A stretch of 42,952 nucleotides of DNA from Candidatus Woesearchaeota archaeon. GTDB lineage: Archaea > Nanobdellota > Nanobdellia > SCGC-AAA011-G17 > PNOQ01. A program made the position numbers and the translations under genes. How positions within the stretch are numbered: the first letter of the stretch is position 1; each line of letters opens with the position of its first letter. Location: positions 1-42,952 of the forward strand of contig JBDRML010000004.1 of assembly GCA_043812195.1 (NCBI GenBank). The letters are read 5' to 3'. Under the pieces are notes generated by a model, which was not told where the DNA came from, made no database searches, and saw nothing but the letters and a program-made list of their open reading frames with translations. Positions 1-9,193 of the stretch are shown one piece after another.

Positions 1-16
1 TGGAAAAAAGAAAAAG

Positions 17-1615
17 TTAATCAGGATGATATTCCTGATATTCTTTGTTTGTTCTTTTTACTGTTCTTGTTACATTTATTAATTTATGGCCTTCATTGTT
101 TGTTTCATCCCATTCACTTACTACAAAAGTACTATCTGCAAAAGCAAATATATCATGTGTTCCATAAGTTGCTGTCCAGTTTATTATTGCTACTTGTGTA
201 TCTAAACCTGTTAGATTGAGTTGTGTTTCACCAATTAAATTAGTCCAGTTTCCATCGTAAAAACGAACTGTAAATGGTCCTGAAGGCTCATTTTCCATGT
301 TTCTGACCATTGCCATTAATTGAATATTTTGGCCGTGTATTGGATGATTGTTGCTGAATCCAATGTCGCTGTTTCTTATTCTTAAGTCTGGTTTTGTTTT
401 TACATGTAGAGTTTTGAATGCTATATTATTGGATTCATTTGCTTCTATTATTTCATTTTCTGGATCTATCCATACATAAATGTCATAATCTCCATCAATT
501 TCTGGAGTCCATTCTGTTTGAGCAAAGAAAGTACTTTTGCCTCCATCTATTATAATAAGTTGTTCTCCTATCTGTGTTTCATTTGAAGGTTCTCCGGAAT
601 AAAATCTTACTAAGACCTGATCTGGATCCTCTTCTAATAAATTATGGAAGAAAGCTGTAATTGTTACTGTGGTGTTTTTTAAAGGAAAATCGTTGCTAAA
701 TATTATGTCTTCTGGAAAGATTGCTAAATCTGTTACATCTGAATCACATGCATCTCCTAAACCATCTCCATCACTATCTATTTGATCTGGATTATAATGA
801 TCAGGACAATTATCACAAACATCTCCAAGACCATCTCCATCACTATCTAATTGATTTGGATTATAATGATCTGGACAATTATCTAAGTAATCTGGAATAT
901 CGTCATTATCTTCATCTAAGATATAATTCCAACAATCGTTTGAATTAATTGTTTCTATCCCGTCGTCGTATTCATTTGTTGCCCAAAAACTCATGTTGTC
1001 TATATAATAGTCACCAACTGTACCCTCATTATTGCTTCTTACTGATAATTTGATGTATTGATCAAAATTGGTATTGTGGTTCCCAATCCATTCGTTATCA
1101 ATCCATGAAGAAGCACTTCCATTTGGATATTGGCAATATGTAAATTTATACCAGTTGTGATTATTTGATGGAATTGATGAGATTACATCGTTTGTACCAT
1201 ATCTTAATTTCCAATTTTCAGAATCTATCAAAATACTCATTTGATTTATAATCTGATCTTCGTTTTCGGTAGTTTGGTATATATAATTGTGGCTGGATAA
1301 AGAATTTCTATGTCTTCCCATATACTCCCAACATCCTATTGTGTGGGTAAAATTACTAGTGTAACTGTTATGATTATTAATATTCTCTTTAATTTCTATA
1401 ACTCCTCCAACCCCTTGGAGATTTATAAAATGAACACTATAATCGCTACCTGTGTTTCTCCAAATAAGTTCAGATAATGTAATATTTTCAAAATTATCTG
1501 TAAATCTACAATTTTCTGTTGGCGCATCCCACCATGCTGCAGATATTGGTTTAGAATAACTAATAAGAAATAAAAAACTAAATAAGATAAATCCAAATAA
1601 AATAAGTTTTTTCAT
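17..1615 (-). CDS. Secreted/surface protein with thrombospondin type-3 Ca-binding repeats and two CARDB (Ig-like) domains
   Basis: Hydrophobic N-terminal signal; repeats [23 protein letters not shown]; CARDB-type motifs DLAI/PDLRI...[15 protein letters not shown] and [14 protein letters not shown]. Confidence 0.85.
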   Translation of the reverse strand: MKKLILFGFILFSFLFLISYSKPISAAWWDAPTENCRFTDNFENITLSELIWRNTGSDYSVHFINLQGVGGVIEIKENINNHNSYTSNFTHTIGCWEYMGRHRNSLSSHNYIYQTTENEDQIINQMSILIDSENWKLRYGTNDVISSIPSNNHNWYKFTYCQYPNGSASSWIDNEWIGNHNTNFDQYIKLSVRSNNEGTVGDYYIDNMSFWATNEYDDGIETINSNDCWNYILDEDNDDIPDYLDNCPDHYNPNQLDSDGDGLGDVCDNCPDHYNPDQIDSDGDGLGDACDSDVTDLAIFPEDIIFSNDFPLKNTTVTITAFFHNLLEEDPDQVLVRFYSGEPSNETQIGEQLIIIDGGKSTFFAQTEWTPEIDGDYDIYVWIDPENEIIEANESNNIAFKTLHVKTKPDLRIRNSDIGFSNNHPIHGQNIQLMAMVRNMENEPSGPFTVRFYDGNWTNLIGETQLNLTGLDTQVAIINWTATYGTHDIFAFADSTFVVSEWDETNNEGHKLINVTRTVKRTNKEYQEYHPD

Positions 1616-1648
1616 TTAAACACCCCCAATTTGTTGGTTGATTGCTAT

Positions 1649-3025
1649 TTATATATATTTTGAAACATATGGGCCGTCTTGTTTGTATCCTAAATTCTTA
1701 TAATATTCTCTAACTCCAACTCCAGAAATAACAACTATTTTATTGCATTTGTTTTTCTTTGCGATTTCTTCTGCTTTTTCCATTAATTTTTTTCCTAAAC
1801 CTGTATGTTGTATTCCTTTTTGGTGTTCTTTGATTTTAATTTGTTGGCCGTAAACATGAAGTTCTCTGATAATTAGTGTTCTTTTTGTAATTTCTCCTCT
1901 GAATGGTTCTGAGGGTATTCTTGCTCTGCATAAACCAAAAATATTATTTTTAGTTTCAAAACTCAAGAAAAATTCTTTTCCATTGCTTGCATTATATTCT
2001 TTTATTTTTAATTTCGGTTTTTCTTTTGATTGATTATCTGAAAGTCCAATTTCTCTGCATCTTATGCATTTACATTTTAATCCTAATTCTTTCATTCTTT
2101 GAATTAAATCTATTCTAGTATTTGTTCTTAATTTATCTGAACATATGTCTATTGGATGGAATTGTCTTACTATTCTCATTATTCTACAATATTCTGGAAC
2201 TAATGCTTTCATATTGCAAATCAAATCTATCATATCTTTTTCTTTGTATAGTTTAAATTTTCCGTCTAGATAACTTCTTTCTAAAGGAGTATCATGCATT
2301 ATTTGTAATGGATATATTTTTAGTTGGTCTGGTTTAAAATCTTGATTTGAAAATATTTCATTGAATAATTTTAGGTCTTTTTTTAGATTAGAACCTGGTA
2401 AACCAGGCATTATGTGATAACCCACTTTAAATCCTGAATCTTTTAATAGTTTTGTTGATTTTATTACATCAGCAACTGTGTGACCACGATGAATCTTTTC
2501 ATAAACTTTATCATTTATAATTTGAATACCTAATTCTACTCTTGTACATCCAAAATCTAACATTCTGTTTATATGTTCTTTAAATGACCAATCTGGTTTT
2601 GTTTCTATGCATAATGCTACACATCTGTATTTTGCTTTTTCATTTAATTTTTTAGATTGTTCTAGTGTTTTTGATTTTTTTTGGTTTAAACTATCATAAA
2701 TCGCCTTAATGAAGTCATATTGATATTTTATAGGATATGCTAAGAAAGTTCCTCCTAGAATTATAATTTCAACTTTGCTTGTTGGATGACCCATGTTTTG
2801 TAATGCTTTTAATCTTGCTTGAATCTGTTTATATGGATCGTAAGCGAGTGTTATTGCTCTCATAATTGCTGGGCTGTGTGTTGTATAACTGTTTGGAGTT
2901 CCTTGTTTTACTCCTCCTGGGCAATATGTGCATCTTCCATGTGGGCAAGGAAATGGTTTAGCAACTACTGTTACTGGTGTTATTCCAGATTGTGTTCTTA
3001 CTGGTTTTATAACGACTTTGTTCAT
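1649..3025 (-). CDS. elp3: Elp3 tRNA uridine(34) acetyltransferase (radical SAM + KAT domain)
   Basis: CPHGRCTYCP Fe-S motif, GGTF, RVELGIQ, LKIYP, CKCIRCRE, RELHVYG, QHTGLGKKL, VISGVGVREYY. Confidence 0.95.
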   Translation of the reverse strand: MNKVVIKPVRTQSGITPVTVVAKPFPCPHGRCTYCPGGVKQGTPNSYTTHSPAIMRAITLAYDPYKQIQARLKALQNMGHPTSKVEIIILGGTFLAYPIKYQYDFIKAIYDSLNQKKSKTLEQSKKLNEKAKYRCVALCIETKPDWSFKEHINRMLDFGCTRVELGIQIINDKVYEKIHRGHTVADVIKSTKLLKDSGFKVGYHIMPGLPGSNLKKDLKLFNEIFSNQDFKPDQLKIYPLQIMHDTPLERSYLDGKFKLYKEKDMIDLICNMKALVPEYCRIMRIVRQFHPIDICSDKLRTNTRIDLIQRMKELGLKCKCIRCREIGLSDNQSKEKPKLKIKEYNASNGKEFFLSFETKNNIFGLCRARIPSEPFRGEITKRTLIIRELHVYGQQIKIKEHQKGIQHTGLGKKLMEKAEEIAKKNKCNKIVVISGVGVREYYKNLGYKQDGPYVSKYI

Positions 3026-3076
3026 TTAATAGAAATTAAGGACAAAATTTTTAAAGACATCGGATTTCCTAATCAG

Positions 3077-3694
3077 ATGGAAAATCAAAAAGAGACATGG
3101 GATTCTGTTGCTAATGGTTGGCATAACTTTAAAAGAAAGCCATTTCCTGAGACTGTTTATAGGTTAGCTGAGAATTGGAGTTCTGGAAAAATATTGGATT
3201 TGGGCTGTGGGAATGGAAGAAATCTTATGCCATTTAGTGAAAAAGGATTTGAATGCCATGGGGTTGATTTTAGTATTGAAATGTTAAAAAATGCTAGAAG
3301 TTATTTTGAAAAGAGTGAATTAAAAGCTGATTTTCAACTTGGTGAATTAACTGATATTCCTTTTGAAGATAATTACTTTGATTATATTATCTGTATTGCT
3401 TCTTTTCATCATTTGAATAAAGAGAAACAAATTAAATGTTTAGAAGAGATAAAAAGAGTTTTGAAGCCTGGTGGAAAAATATATATTTCTGTTTGGAATA
3501 AATGGCAAGATGGTTTTTGGTTTTCAAAGAAAGAAAAATATGTTAAGTGGAGAACAAGAGATTGTGTGATTAGAAGATATTATTATTTGTTTAGTATTTT
3601 TGAATTTAAGAAATTGTTGAAGAAAGTTGGATTTAAAATTGATGAAGCATTTGGTATGTTTGATAAAAATATAGAAGTTGTTTGTGGTTATTGA
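3077..3694 (+). CDS. Class I SAM-dependent methyltransferase, Trm9/ALKBH8-like (candidate cm5U34 methyltransferase)
   Basis: ILDLGCGNGRN motif I, ICIASFHHL, RVLKPGG.IYISVW, RRYYYLF. Start moved to ATG 3077 because the longer ORF-track start overlaps elp3. Confidence 0.8.
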   Translation: MENQKETWDSVANGWHNFKRKPFPETVYRLAENWSSGKILDLGCGNGRNLMPFSEKGFECHGVDFSIEMLKNARSYFEKSELKADFQLGELTDIPFEDNYFDYIICIASFHHLNKEKQIKCLEEIKRVLKPGGKIYISVWNKWQDGFWFSKKEKYVKWRTRDCVIRRYYYLFSIFEFKKLLKKVGFKIDEAFGMFDKNIEVVCGY

Positions 3695-4149
3695 GTTTTT
3701 ATTTTGAATAATGGTGTTTTATATTCTATTGGTTTTCCTTCTTTAGATAATATTTCTTCTAATATTCCTTGAACTTCTGATTTTATTTCTATACTTTGAT
3801 TTAATACTAAAATTGTTCCTAGAACTTGTCCTGGTTCTACTTCTTCTCCTACTTTGACATATGATTTATTTGTTTTTGGATCTCTAATATGAAACCAACC
3901 TGGGCGATCTGAATATATAATTACTTGATTATCTTTTGATTTTGGTATTTCTTCTACTTTTTCTGTTAGTGTTTCTTGAGGTTGTTGTGTTGGATATTGA
4001 TAAATTATTGTTTGTTTTTTAGAATTATTTGAATTTCTTCTTTTAACATTTACACCACAAAGAAAATTTCCAGTTTCTAATTCATCGATATTTGGTTCTT
4101 CAAATAGTTTTACAAGTTTCTTAACATAATTGATTCTTGGCCAATACAT
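3688..4149 (-). CDS. AccB/BCCP-like biotinyl-domain protein lacking the biotinylated Lys
   Basis: N-terminal VKKLVKLFEEPNIDELE and C-terminal S.RPGWF...VKVGEEVEPGQVLG...EIKSEVQGILEEIL..EGKPIEY.TPLFKI match the AccB pattern; EAMKM is replaced by LVLNQ. Confidence 0.75.
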   Translation of the reverse strand: MYWPRINYVKKLVKLFEEPNIDELETGNFLCGVNVKRRNSNNSKKQTIIYQYPTQQPQETLTEKVEEIPKSKDNQVIIYSDRPGWFHIRDPKTNKSYVKVGEEVEPGQVLGTILVLNQSIEIKSEVQGILEEILSKEGKPIEYKTPLFKIKTQ

Positions 4150-4229
4150 TAAAATTATACGTGGAGAGCATTATATAAAATTTATCTCAATAGAGTAAGA
4201 TTTTTATATTTGCCTAAATCTCTTATTTT

Positions 4230-4934
4230 ATGGAACATTTACACCCATATCCTGGATTTGAAGCTAATCTTTCGCCACAAACAGAGATGCGAATTATAAT
4301 GGATGTTAGTCTTGAAGAGGCTGTGCAATTTCTTTATTATCATTCTCCTTTGAAAGATAGTGGCTATGAAAGAGTTTCTACAGACCTTAAGATTGGTTTG
4401 GGAAAAATAAACAATGAATTAAGAAAAGGATTAGATGGTCCTGAATTTCGTACTGAATATATTTTGGGTGTTGTTGGTTGTGATTTCCTTGCCCCTACTT
4501 TGGGGGTTGATGTTGAAAATGAAAGAGAAGATCTTTGTAGAATTTTGAATAATGAATATAAAATTAAAGATCCGCTTGATGTTCACTTTGTAGAAACATA
4601 TGCTGAAGGAGAAAATGGGGAATTGAGAATAATTAAGTTAGGACAAATTGTAGAGATAATAAAACAAGAACATAAACAATTTTTAAAACATGACCCATCT
4701 CAGAATTTTAAAGATAGAGTGTATAATTTAACTTTAGAAAGTGTTGGCGAATTACAGAAAAAATATAGTCTAGACAATTATGTGCGTGCTTTGGGACTTT
4801 ATTTATTGTCTTCTGCTTTGGGGAATAATCCAGATAGGGGCGGTTTGTGTGAAAATTTTGATAAAGCAACAGAAGGCAAGCCTAGTTATATTTTAATATC
4901 TAATGCGAACTTTAAGTCTGAAGAAGAAGAATGA
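4230..4934 (+). CDS. Hypothetical protein
   Basis: 234-aa ORF, TATA-like TTTTTATA about 25 nt upstream, no recognised motif. Confidence 0.7.
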   Translation: MEHLHPYPGFEANLSPQTEMRIIMDVSLEEAVQFLYYHSPLKDSGYERVSTDLKIGLGKINNELRKGLDGPEFRTEYILGVVGCDFLAPTLGVDVENEREDLCRILNNEYKIKDPLDVHFVETYAEGENGELRIIKLGQIVEIIKQEHKQFLKHDPSQNFKDRVYNLTLESVGELQKKYSLDNYVRALGLYLLSSALGNNPDRGGLCENFDKATEGKPSYILISNANFKSEEEE

Positions 4935-5365
4935 GAAACTTGTGTTTAAGTTTGGGGTTGATTTTGGGATTTTCTTCTCAAATTTCTAGTGCTGGAGATA
5001 TTTCAAAACTTATGGATGTTGATAAGAGATTGGAAATGAAACCAAATTCTGAAGTTGCTAAAAATAAAATAGAAGAGAGCATCGATGCTGGTATTAAGTT
5101 ATATGATAGAATTATTGAGGTTGCAAATTCATATGGTATTAGGGAATTAGAAGGGTATGGTTGTAAACATATAACAAATGAAGGCATCCCTTATTTAAGT
5201 CCTAAAATTAGATCTTTTAGATTATATGGTTCTTTTGACGAGGGTGGGCTTGTAAGTTATGGGGCTGTTAAAAACTTTGGCTCCTTGAGTTTAGCTATTG
5301 GTTCTAATTACGGAGATGATATAATTAGAATTGGTTTTATTATAGGTCCAGATACAGAAAAGTAG
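4931..5365 (+). CDS. Hypothetical secreted protein
   Basis: ATGA overlap with upstream ORF; N-terminal signal-like hydrophobic stretch. Confidence 0.65.
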   Translation: MRNLCLSLGLILGFSSQISSAGDISKLMDVDKRLEMKPNSEVAKNKIEESIDAGIKLYDRIIEVANSYGIRELEGYGCKHITNEGIPYLSPKIRSFRLYGSFDEGGLVSYGAVKNFGSLSLAIGSNYGDDIIRIGFIIGPDTEK

Positions 5366-5385
5366 AAAAAAAAGAAATAAAAATA

Positions 5386-5841
5386 TTATTTCATAATTTG
5401 TTTATGGCACCATTCTTGCGATTCTACTAATTCTTTAGTTCTATAATATCTTGCAAAGATTGTAAAATCTATTGCGCCAACGCTGCCATCATCATTGTGA
5501 TCTAATTTGGGAGTATAGTCCACAGAAAAATATTCTTGATATATACCCCATAAAGCACTGCACCAAACATCTTGTGGCACTGTAATTCCTTGAAAATTCT
5601 GATTTTCATCTCCTGAACTTGTCCCATCGTCTCTGCTTTCGCTATTTGAATTGTCAATAACTTCTTGTGTGGTTTCTTGTTCTGTTTCAGTAGAAGTTAC
5701 TGTCTCTGGTTCTGAAACTAATTCTATATCTTCTAATTCATTTGGTATGTTTGGTTCTTGAGTTGCTTCAAGATTAGTTGCAGCTTTTGCACATGAAATT
5801 AGAAGCAATATTAACAATGTGCTTATTAAAATACTTCGCAT
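5386..5841 (-). CDS. Putative lipoprotein with acidic linker and a dockerin/EF-hand-like loop
   Basis: LLISC lipobox-like signal; DHNDDGSVGAIDF Ca-binding loop. Confidence 0.65.
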   Translation of the reverse strand: MRSILISTLLILLLISCAKAATNLEATQEPNIPNELEDIELVSEPETVTSTETEQETTQEVIDNSNSESRDDGTSSGDENQNFQGITVPQDVWCSALWGIYQEYFSVDYTPKLDHNDDGSVGAIDFTIFARYYRTKELVESQEWCHKQIMK

Positions 5842-5958
5842 TTATTCACCCCCTTTTTTGTTTAATTCTTTTGTTATAATGAATTAGTATAAATAGTTTA
5901 TCTTTTTTAGATTTTTTAAAAACATTTAAGTAGTAGTTTATTTCTCTAATATTTGTCA

Positions 5959-6270
5959 ATGATGTGTAAATATTCTGCGGTATCTTCATCTTGTGGGTAT
6001 GGTGGAAATTGTGAGTATGATGATTCTGATGAATGTCCAAGATGTAGAGATTATATACAAAAAGAAATTAATTTGTTAAAAACTTTTGGAAATGAGATTG
6101 ATTCTTGTTTTTCTAAAGAAAGAAGTTTCTTTAGTTGGCGAAAAATTTTGAGAAAATTAAGAAATGATGGTGGTTTGATACCATTAGATAGGGCAATTAT
6201 TAGAGATTATTATGAAGAATGGTTATGGGAAATGAGAAAAAGAGATGAAGAAGATTTGCTTAAATTTTAG
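5959..6270 (+). CDS. Hypothetical protein with Cys-rich N-terminus
   Basis: ORF with C..C..C..CPRC cluster; first ATG at 5959. Confidence 0.55.
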   Translation: MMCKYSAVSSSCGYGGNCEYDDSDECPRCRDYIQKEINLLKTFGNEIDSCFSKERSFFSWRKILRKLRNDGGLIPLDRAIIRDYYEEWLWEMRKRDEEDLLKF

Positions 6271-6274
6271 TTAT

Positions 6275-6886
6275 TTATGCTTCGAAATCTTTTTCTTGTA
6301 TTTCTTCTTTTTTATCTATTATAGAATTTTTAATTAATTTGCCCTTTCTTTTAGCATATTTTCTTGCTTTAGCAAAATCATTTTTGTATTCTTCTTGGAT
6401 TATTATTTCTTCTACAATAAATGTGTGTGTGATAACTGCTTTTTTGAAATCTTTTTTATTTGTTAATTCATTTAGTATTGATATTGGTAAAACACACTTA
6501 CAGAAGTTATCTTTTAGACTACTTCCAGGTTTAGGAAGACTTTTACCAACTTTAATAGAATAATCTTCAAAATCTAGATTTAAAATTGTGAAATCGTTAT
6601 TTTTACATATTTCTAATAATTCTTGTCCTGAAACTTCTTTTTCTATTTCTTCTTTATTTTTTCCATTGATTATTTTTCCTGAAATTTTAATCTTATCAAA
6701 ATTCTTGGCAACTATAATTGTCAAATCTTTCATTAGATCATAAGAAGTGTTGACTTTTAGTTTGTCTTTTATGATATTTATTTTGATTAATGCTCTATTC
6801 TTATATGTGCCTTTTCCAAATCTTGTTAGTTGTCCATGTATATTATCATCTACTTTTCCATTTAACATTTCTTCAGTGAATATCAT
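6275..6886 (-). CDS. Hypothetical protein (probably conserved archaeal)
   Basis: 203-aa ORF with TATA-like element upstream; motifs HGQLTRFGKG and AKRKGKL, no function recognised. Confidence 0.7.
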   Translation of the reverse strand: MIFTEEMLNGKVDDNIHGQLTRFGKGTYKNRALIKINIIKDKLKVNTSYDLMKDLTIIVAKNFDKIKISGKIINGKNKEEIEKEVSGQELLEICKNNDFTILNLDFEDYSIKVGKSLPKPGSSLKDNFCKCVLPISILNELTNKKDFKKAVITHTFIVEEIIIQEEYKNDFAKARKYAKRKGKLIKNSIIDKKEEIQEKDFEA

Positions 6887-7228
6887 AATAATCTTGAGCT
6901 ATTTTTCTTTTATATATCTTTGTATAATAATCTTTATATTATTTGTTTAATTGTTTTAGATATACTGAAAGCCCAAGATATGATGGATGTACAGGAAATG
7001 GCTAGGAAATTTGGGGTTTCTCTGAAACACTTTATTTAGAGTATTTTCTTTAATTATTGTTCATAAGATTTAAATAGTCTTTTTGAGATATTAATGATAT
7101 AATAATTAAATGTACACCTCCTAAGTACACCCCACATTTCTATTTGGCGCGGAGCACCTTTGGTGTGATGATGTGTTTCTAATTATAAAACATAAATTAT
7201 TTAAGTAGTATAATCTATTCATGTTATT

Positions 7229-7558
7229 ATGAAAAAACAAGGAATATTTGTGATATTGGTTATTTTGGCTGTTGGTAGTATATTTTTCTCATTTATTGGT
7301 TCTATGAATTATAGTGGTAATGTTGTGAGAGATCTAGATTGTTCTTTGGCTATGAATGAATTTGAGAGTTCTAAAAAGAATTATAATTGTGATTTAAAAA
7401 GGGAGGGGGAAATTAGTGTAGAGAGATGTAATGTTGTTGGAGAAACTATGATATATGAATATTCTCCTAATGAATTTAAAAAATGGATTTTTATAAAAAA
7501 TGATAAAGAAGAAATCTATTTTTATGATCTAAAAAATAAAGTATGTGAAAAGAGGTGA
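7229..7558 (+). CDS. Hypothetical membrane-anchored/secreted protein
   Basis: Basic N-terminus, one hydrophobic helix, SGNVV motif, four Cys. Confidence 0.65.
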   Translation: MKKQGIFVILVILAVGSIFFSFIGSMNYSGNVVRDLDCSLAMNEFESSKKNYNCDLKREGEISVERCNVVGETMIYEYSPNEFKKWIFIKNDKEEIYFYDLKNKVCEKR

Positions 7559-7575
7559 TTTGAATCCTAAGTAGT

Positions 7576-8199
7576 TTGGATTGGATGTATGTAGTTCTGT
7601 TATTAGTTTTACTATCTGCTTTTATATTTAAATCTTTAAAGAATATAGGTAAAAATCAAGGAATATTTTTTATTTTGACTTTGTTTCCTTTGTTATTATT
7701 GGTTGGACATTATTTTTCTATTAGTAATGTTTTGTCTAATATTGTTTTAGTTGTTTTTATTGCTTCTATAACGTTTTATCCATTTACTTTTGTTATTAAG
7801 AAATTAAAAGATAGAAAGTTGAATTTGCTTGTGTATTTGACTTTGCTTATTGAATGGGATTGGATTATTACTTGGACGTATTTGAATCGCTTTTCTTTAG
7901 AAGAACTTAATCCATTATTAGATGTAAATAGTTTATTTTTCTTTTCAATTCAGAAGTTGATGCCTTTGGCAATATTTTTCTTGTTGTATTTAGTTTCTAG
8001 AGATAATAAGAAGTTGTCTCAGGTGTTAGAGATTATTTTAGTTGTTGTTGCTATTGCGTATGCTTTATTGTTTTTATGGCAGATGTATGTTGTATCTTTA
8101 TTTACTGGTTATATTCTTTATTTATTACCTATATCTATTGGTTTTATTATTTACTTTGTGTATAAGATATTAAGGAATAAATTCAGCTTTAAAAGATAG
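7576..8199 (+). CDS. Hypothetical multi-pass membrane protein
   Basis: About 7 hydrophobic segments; ELNP motif; TTG start is uncertain. Confidence 0.65.
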   Translation: MDWMYVVLLLVLLSAFIFKSLKNIGKNQGIFFILTLFPLLLLVGHYFSISNVLSNIVLVVFIASITFYPFTFVIKKLKDRKLNLLVYLTLLIEWDWIITWTYLNRFSLEELNPLLDVNSLFFFSIQKLMPLAIFFLLYLVSRDNKKLSQVLEIILVVVAIAYALLFLWQMYVVSLFTGYILYLLPISIGFIIYFVYKILRNKFSFKR

Positions 8200-8236
8200 A
8201 TTTTTAAATTAAGTATTTCTCTAAAATTTATTATAT

Positions 8237-8309
8237 AGCCCCATGGTCTAGAGGCCCATGACACGACCCTCTGGAGGTCGGGACCCAGGTTCGAATCCTG
8301 GTGGGGCTA
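8237..8309 (+). tRNA. tRNA-Gln(CUG)
   Basis: Cloverleaf AGCCCCA/TGGGGCT, anticodon stem CGACC/GGTCG, CTG at 8271-8273, T-loop TTCGAAT; A1-U72 typical of archaeal tRNA-Gln; no encoded CCA. Confidence 0.95.
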
Positions 8310-8311
8310 TT

Positions 8312-8386
8312 GCTCCTGTAGTGTAGTCCGGTCCAGCATTTTGGGTTCTCAGCCCAACGACCCGGGTTCAAATCCCGGCGGGAGCA
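8312..8386 (+). tRNA. tRNA-Glu(CUC)
   Basis: GCTCCTG/CGGGAGC acceptor, TTGGG/CCCAA anticodon stem, CTC at 8348-8350, CCGGG-TTCAAAT-CCCGG. Confidence 0.95.
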
Positions 8387-8458
8387 TATTTTACTTTTAA
8401 GTAGTAACAAAATGGAAAGATTTATAAAGGTCTGTTCTTATAATTTATTAGATTAAAA

Positions 8459-8659
8459 ATGACAAATTATTTAATGATTGATACTGATGAAATGATAAGA
8501 CAGTCAAATAGAGAATTTAGAGAAGCATGTAGAAGAACTGATGAAATGATAAGACAGTCAAATAGAGAATTTAGAGAAGCATGTAGAAGAATTGATGAAA
8601 TGGCCTTACAATCACGACCTGAAATTAAAAATCTCTATAATGTTCTTGAAAATATTTAA
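8459..8659 (+). CDS. Small hypothetical protein with internal 18-aa duplication (cassette 1)
   Basis: BRE/TATA-like GGAAAGATTTATAAA at about 8414-8428; TDEMIRQSNREFREACRR twice. Confidence 0.6.
   Translation: MTNYLMIDTDEMIRQSNREFREACRRTDEMIRQSNREFREACRRIDEMALQSRPEIKNLYNVLENI
8483..8602 (+). repeat. 54-bp in-frame tandem repeat, about 2.2 copies
   Basis: ACTGATGAAATG...TGTAGAAGA identical at 8483 and 8537, partial at 8591. Confidence 0.95.
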
Positions 8660-8729
8660 TCAATAATTTTATAAGATTTAACTAATTACATTTCTCAGAA
8701 GAATTAGGTGATAAATTAAAGTGAATACG

Positions 8730-8750
8730 ATATGCTCGGCGGGAGCATAT
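8730..8750 (+). repeat. att-like copy 1 of tRNA-Glu 3' end
   Basis: ATATGCT-CGGCGGG-AGCATAT: 14 nt identical to the tRNA end/trailer; perfect 7-bp arms around a 7-bp spacer. Confidence 0.85.
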
Positions 8751-8818
8751 AAAAATCACAGAAATACATAAGGTATATAAACAAAATTATATTCTTTAAT
8801 AATAAGGAAAAAATTAAA

Positions 8819-9037
8819 ATGAAAAGAGATTTGGTGCTTATAATTGTTAACAAAGATCCTGATAGTGAAAAGGCTAAAGATTTCCTTTCTCAAAAAAAAG
8901 AAAAATATTTTTTTGTAGAAACAAGTTTTGATTCAGACATAGCAAGTAGATATAAAATTCCAACGCTTTTTATTAAAGGAGAACCTTACCAAGGTTTAGA
9001 TAATCTTATACATGGTTTGACTTACCATTATTATTAA
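8819..9037 (+). CDS. Small glutaredoxin/thioredoxin-fold-like protein without Cys (cassette 2)
   Basis: DPDSEKAKDFL aligns to CPxCxxAKxFL; IPTLFIKGE..QG cis-Pro motif; TATATAAA upstream. Confidence 0.6.
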   Translation: MKRDLVLIIVNKDPDSEKAKDFLSQKKEKYFFVETSFDSDIASRYKIPTLFIKGEPYQGLDNLIHGLTYHYY

Positions 9038-9106
9038 TTCTTGATAATTAAACCGAAAAATCCCAAAGGGCTAAGATTTATAATGTTTTGTTATTTCCTT
9101 TAGAAA

Positions 9107-9193
9107 ATGGATTTAGAGGATATTATAATTTTAGGAATAGGAGTTCTTGCACATATCGGAATAATAGTAAATAGACAAGTCGTAAGACCATAA
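9107..9193 (+). CDS. Possible 28-aa hydrophobic peptide MDLEDIIILGIGVLAHIGIIVNRQVVRP
   Basis: Read directly from sequence; TTTATAAT about 25-30 nt upstream; below ORF-track cutoff. Confidence 0.4.
   Translation: MDLEDIIILGIGVLAHIGIIVNRQVVRP

Noticed and set aside
747-885. 69-bp-period tandem repeat in the first gene
   Set aside because: Fully explained by TSP type-3 protein repeats
2819-3076. N-terminal extension of the methyltransferase in the ORF track
   Set aside because: It overlaps elp3 on the opposite strand and reads as antisense noise; ATG 3077 gives a normal domain start
6953-7039. HTH-like reading LDILKAQDMMDVQEMARKFGVS, or a C/D-box-like ATGATGG...CTGA segment
   Set aside because: No proper start or length for a gene; box C is imperfect and there are no clear internal C'/D' boxes
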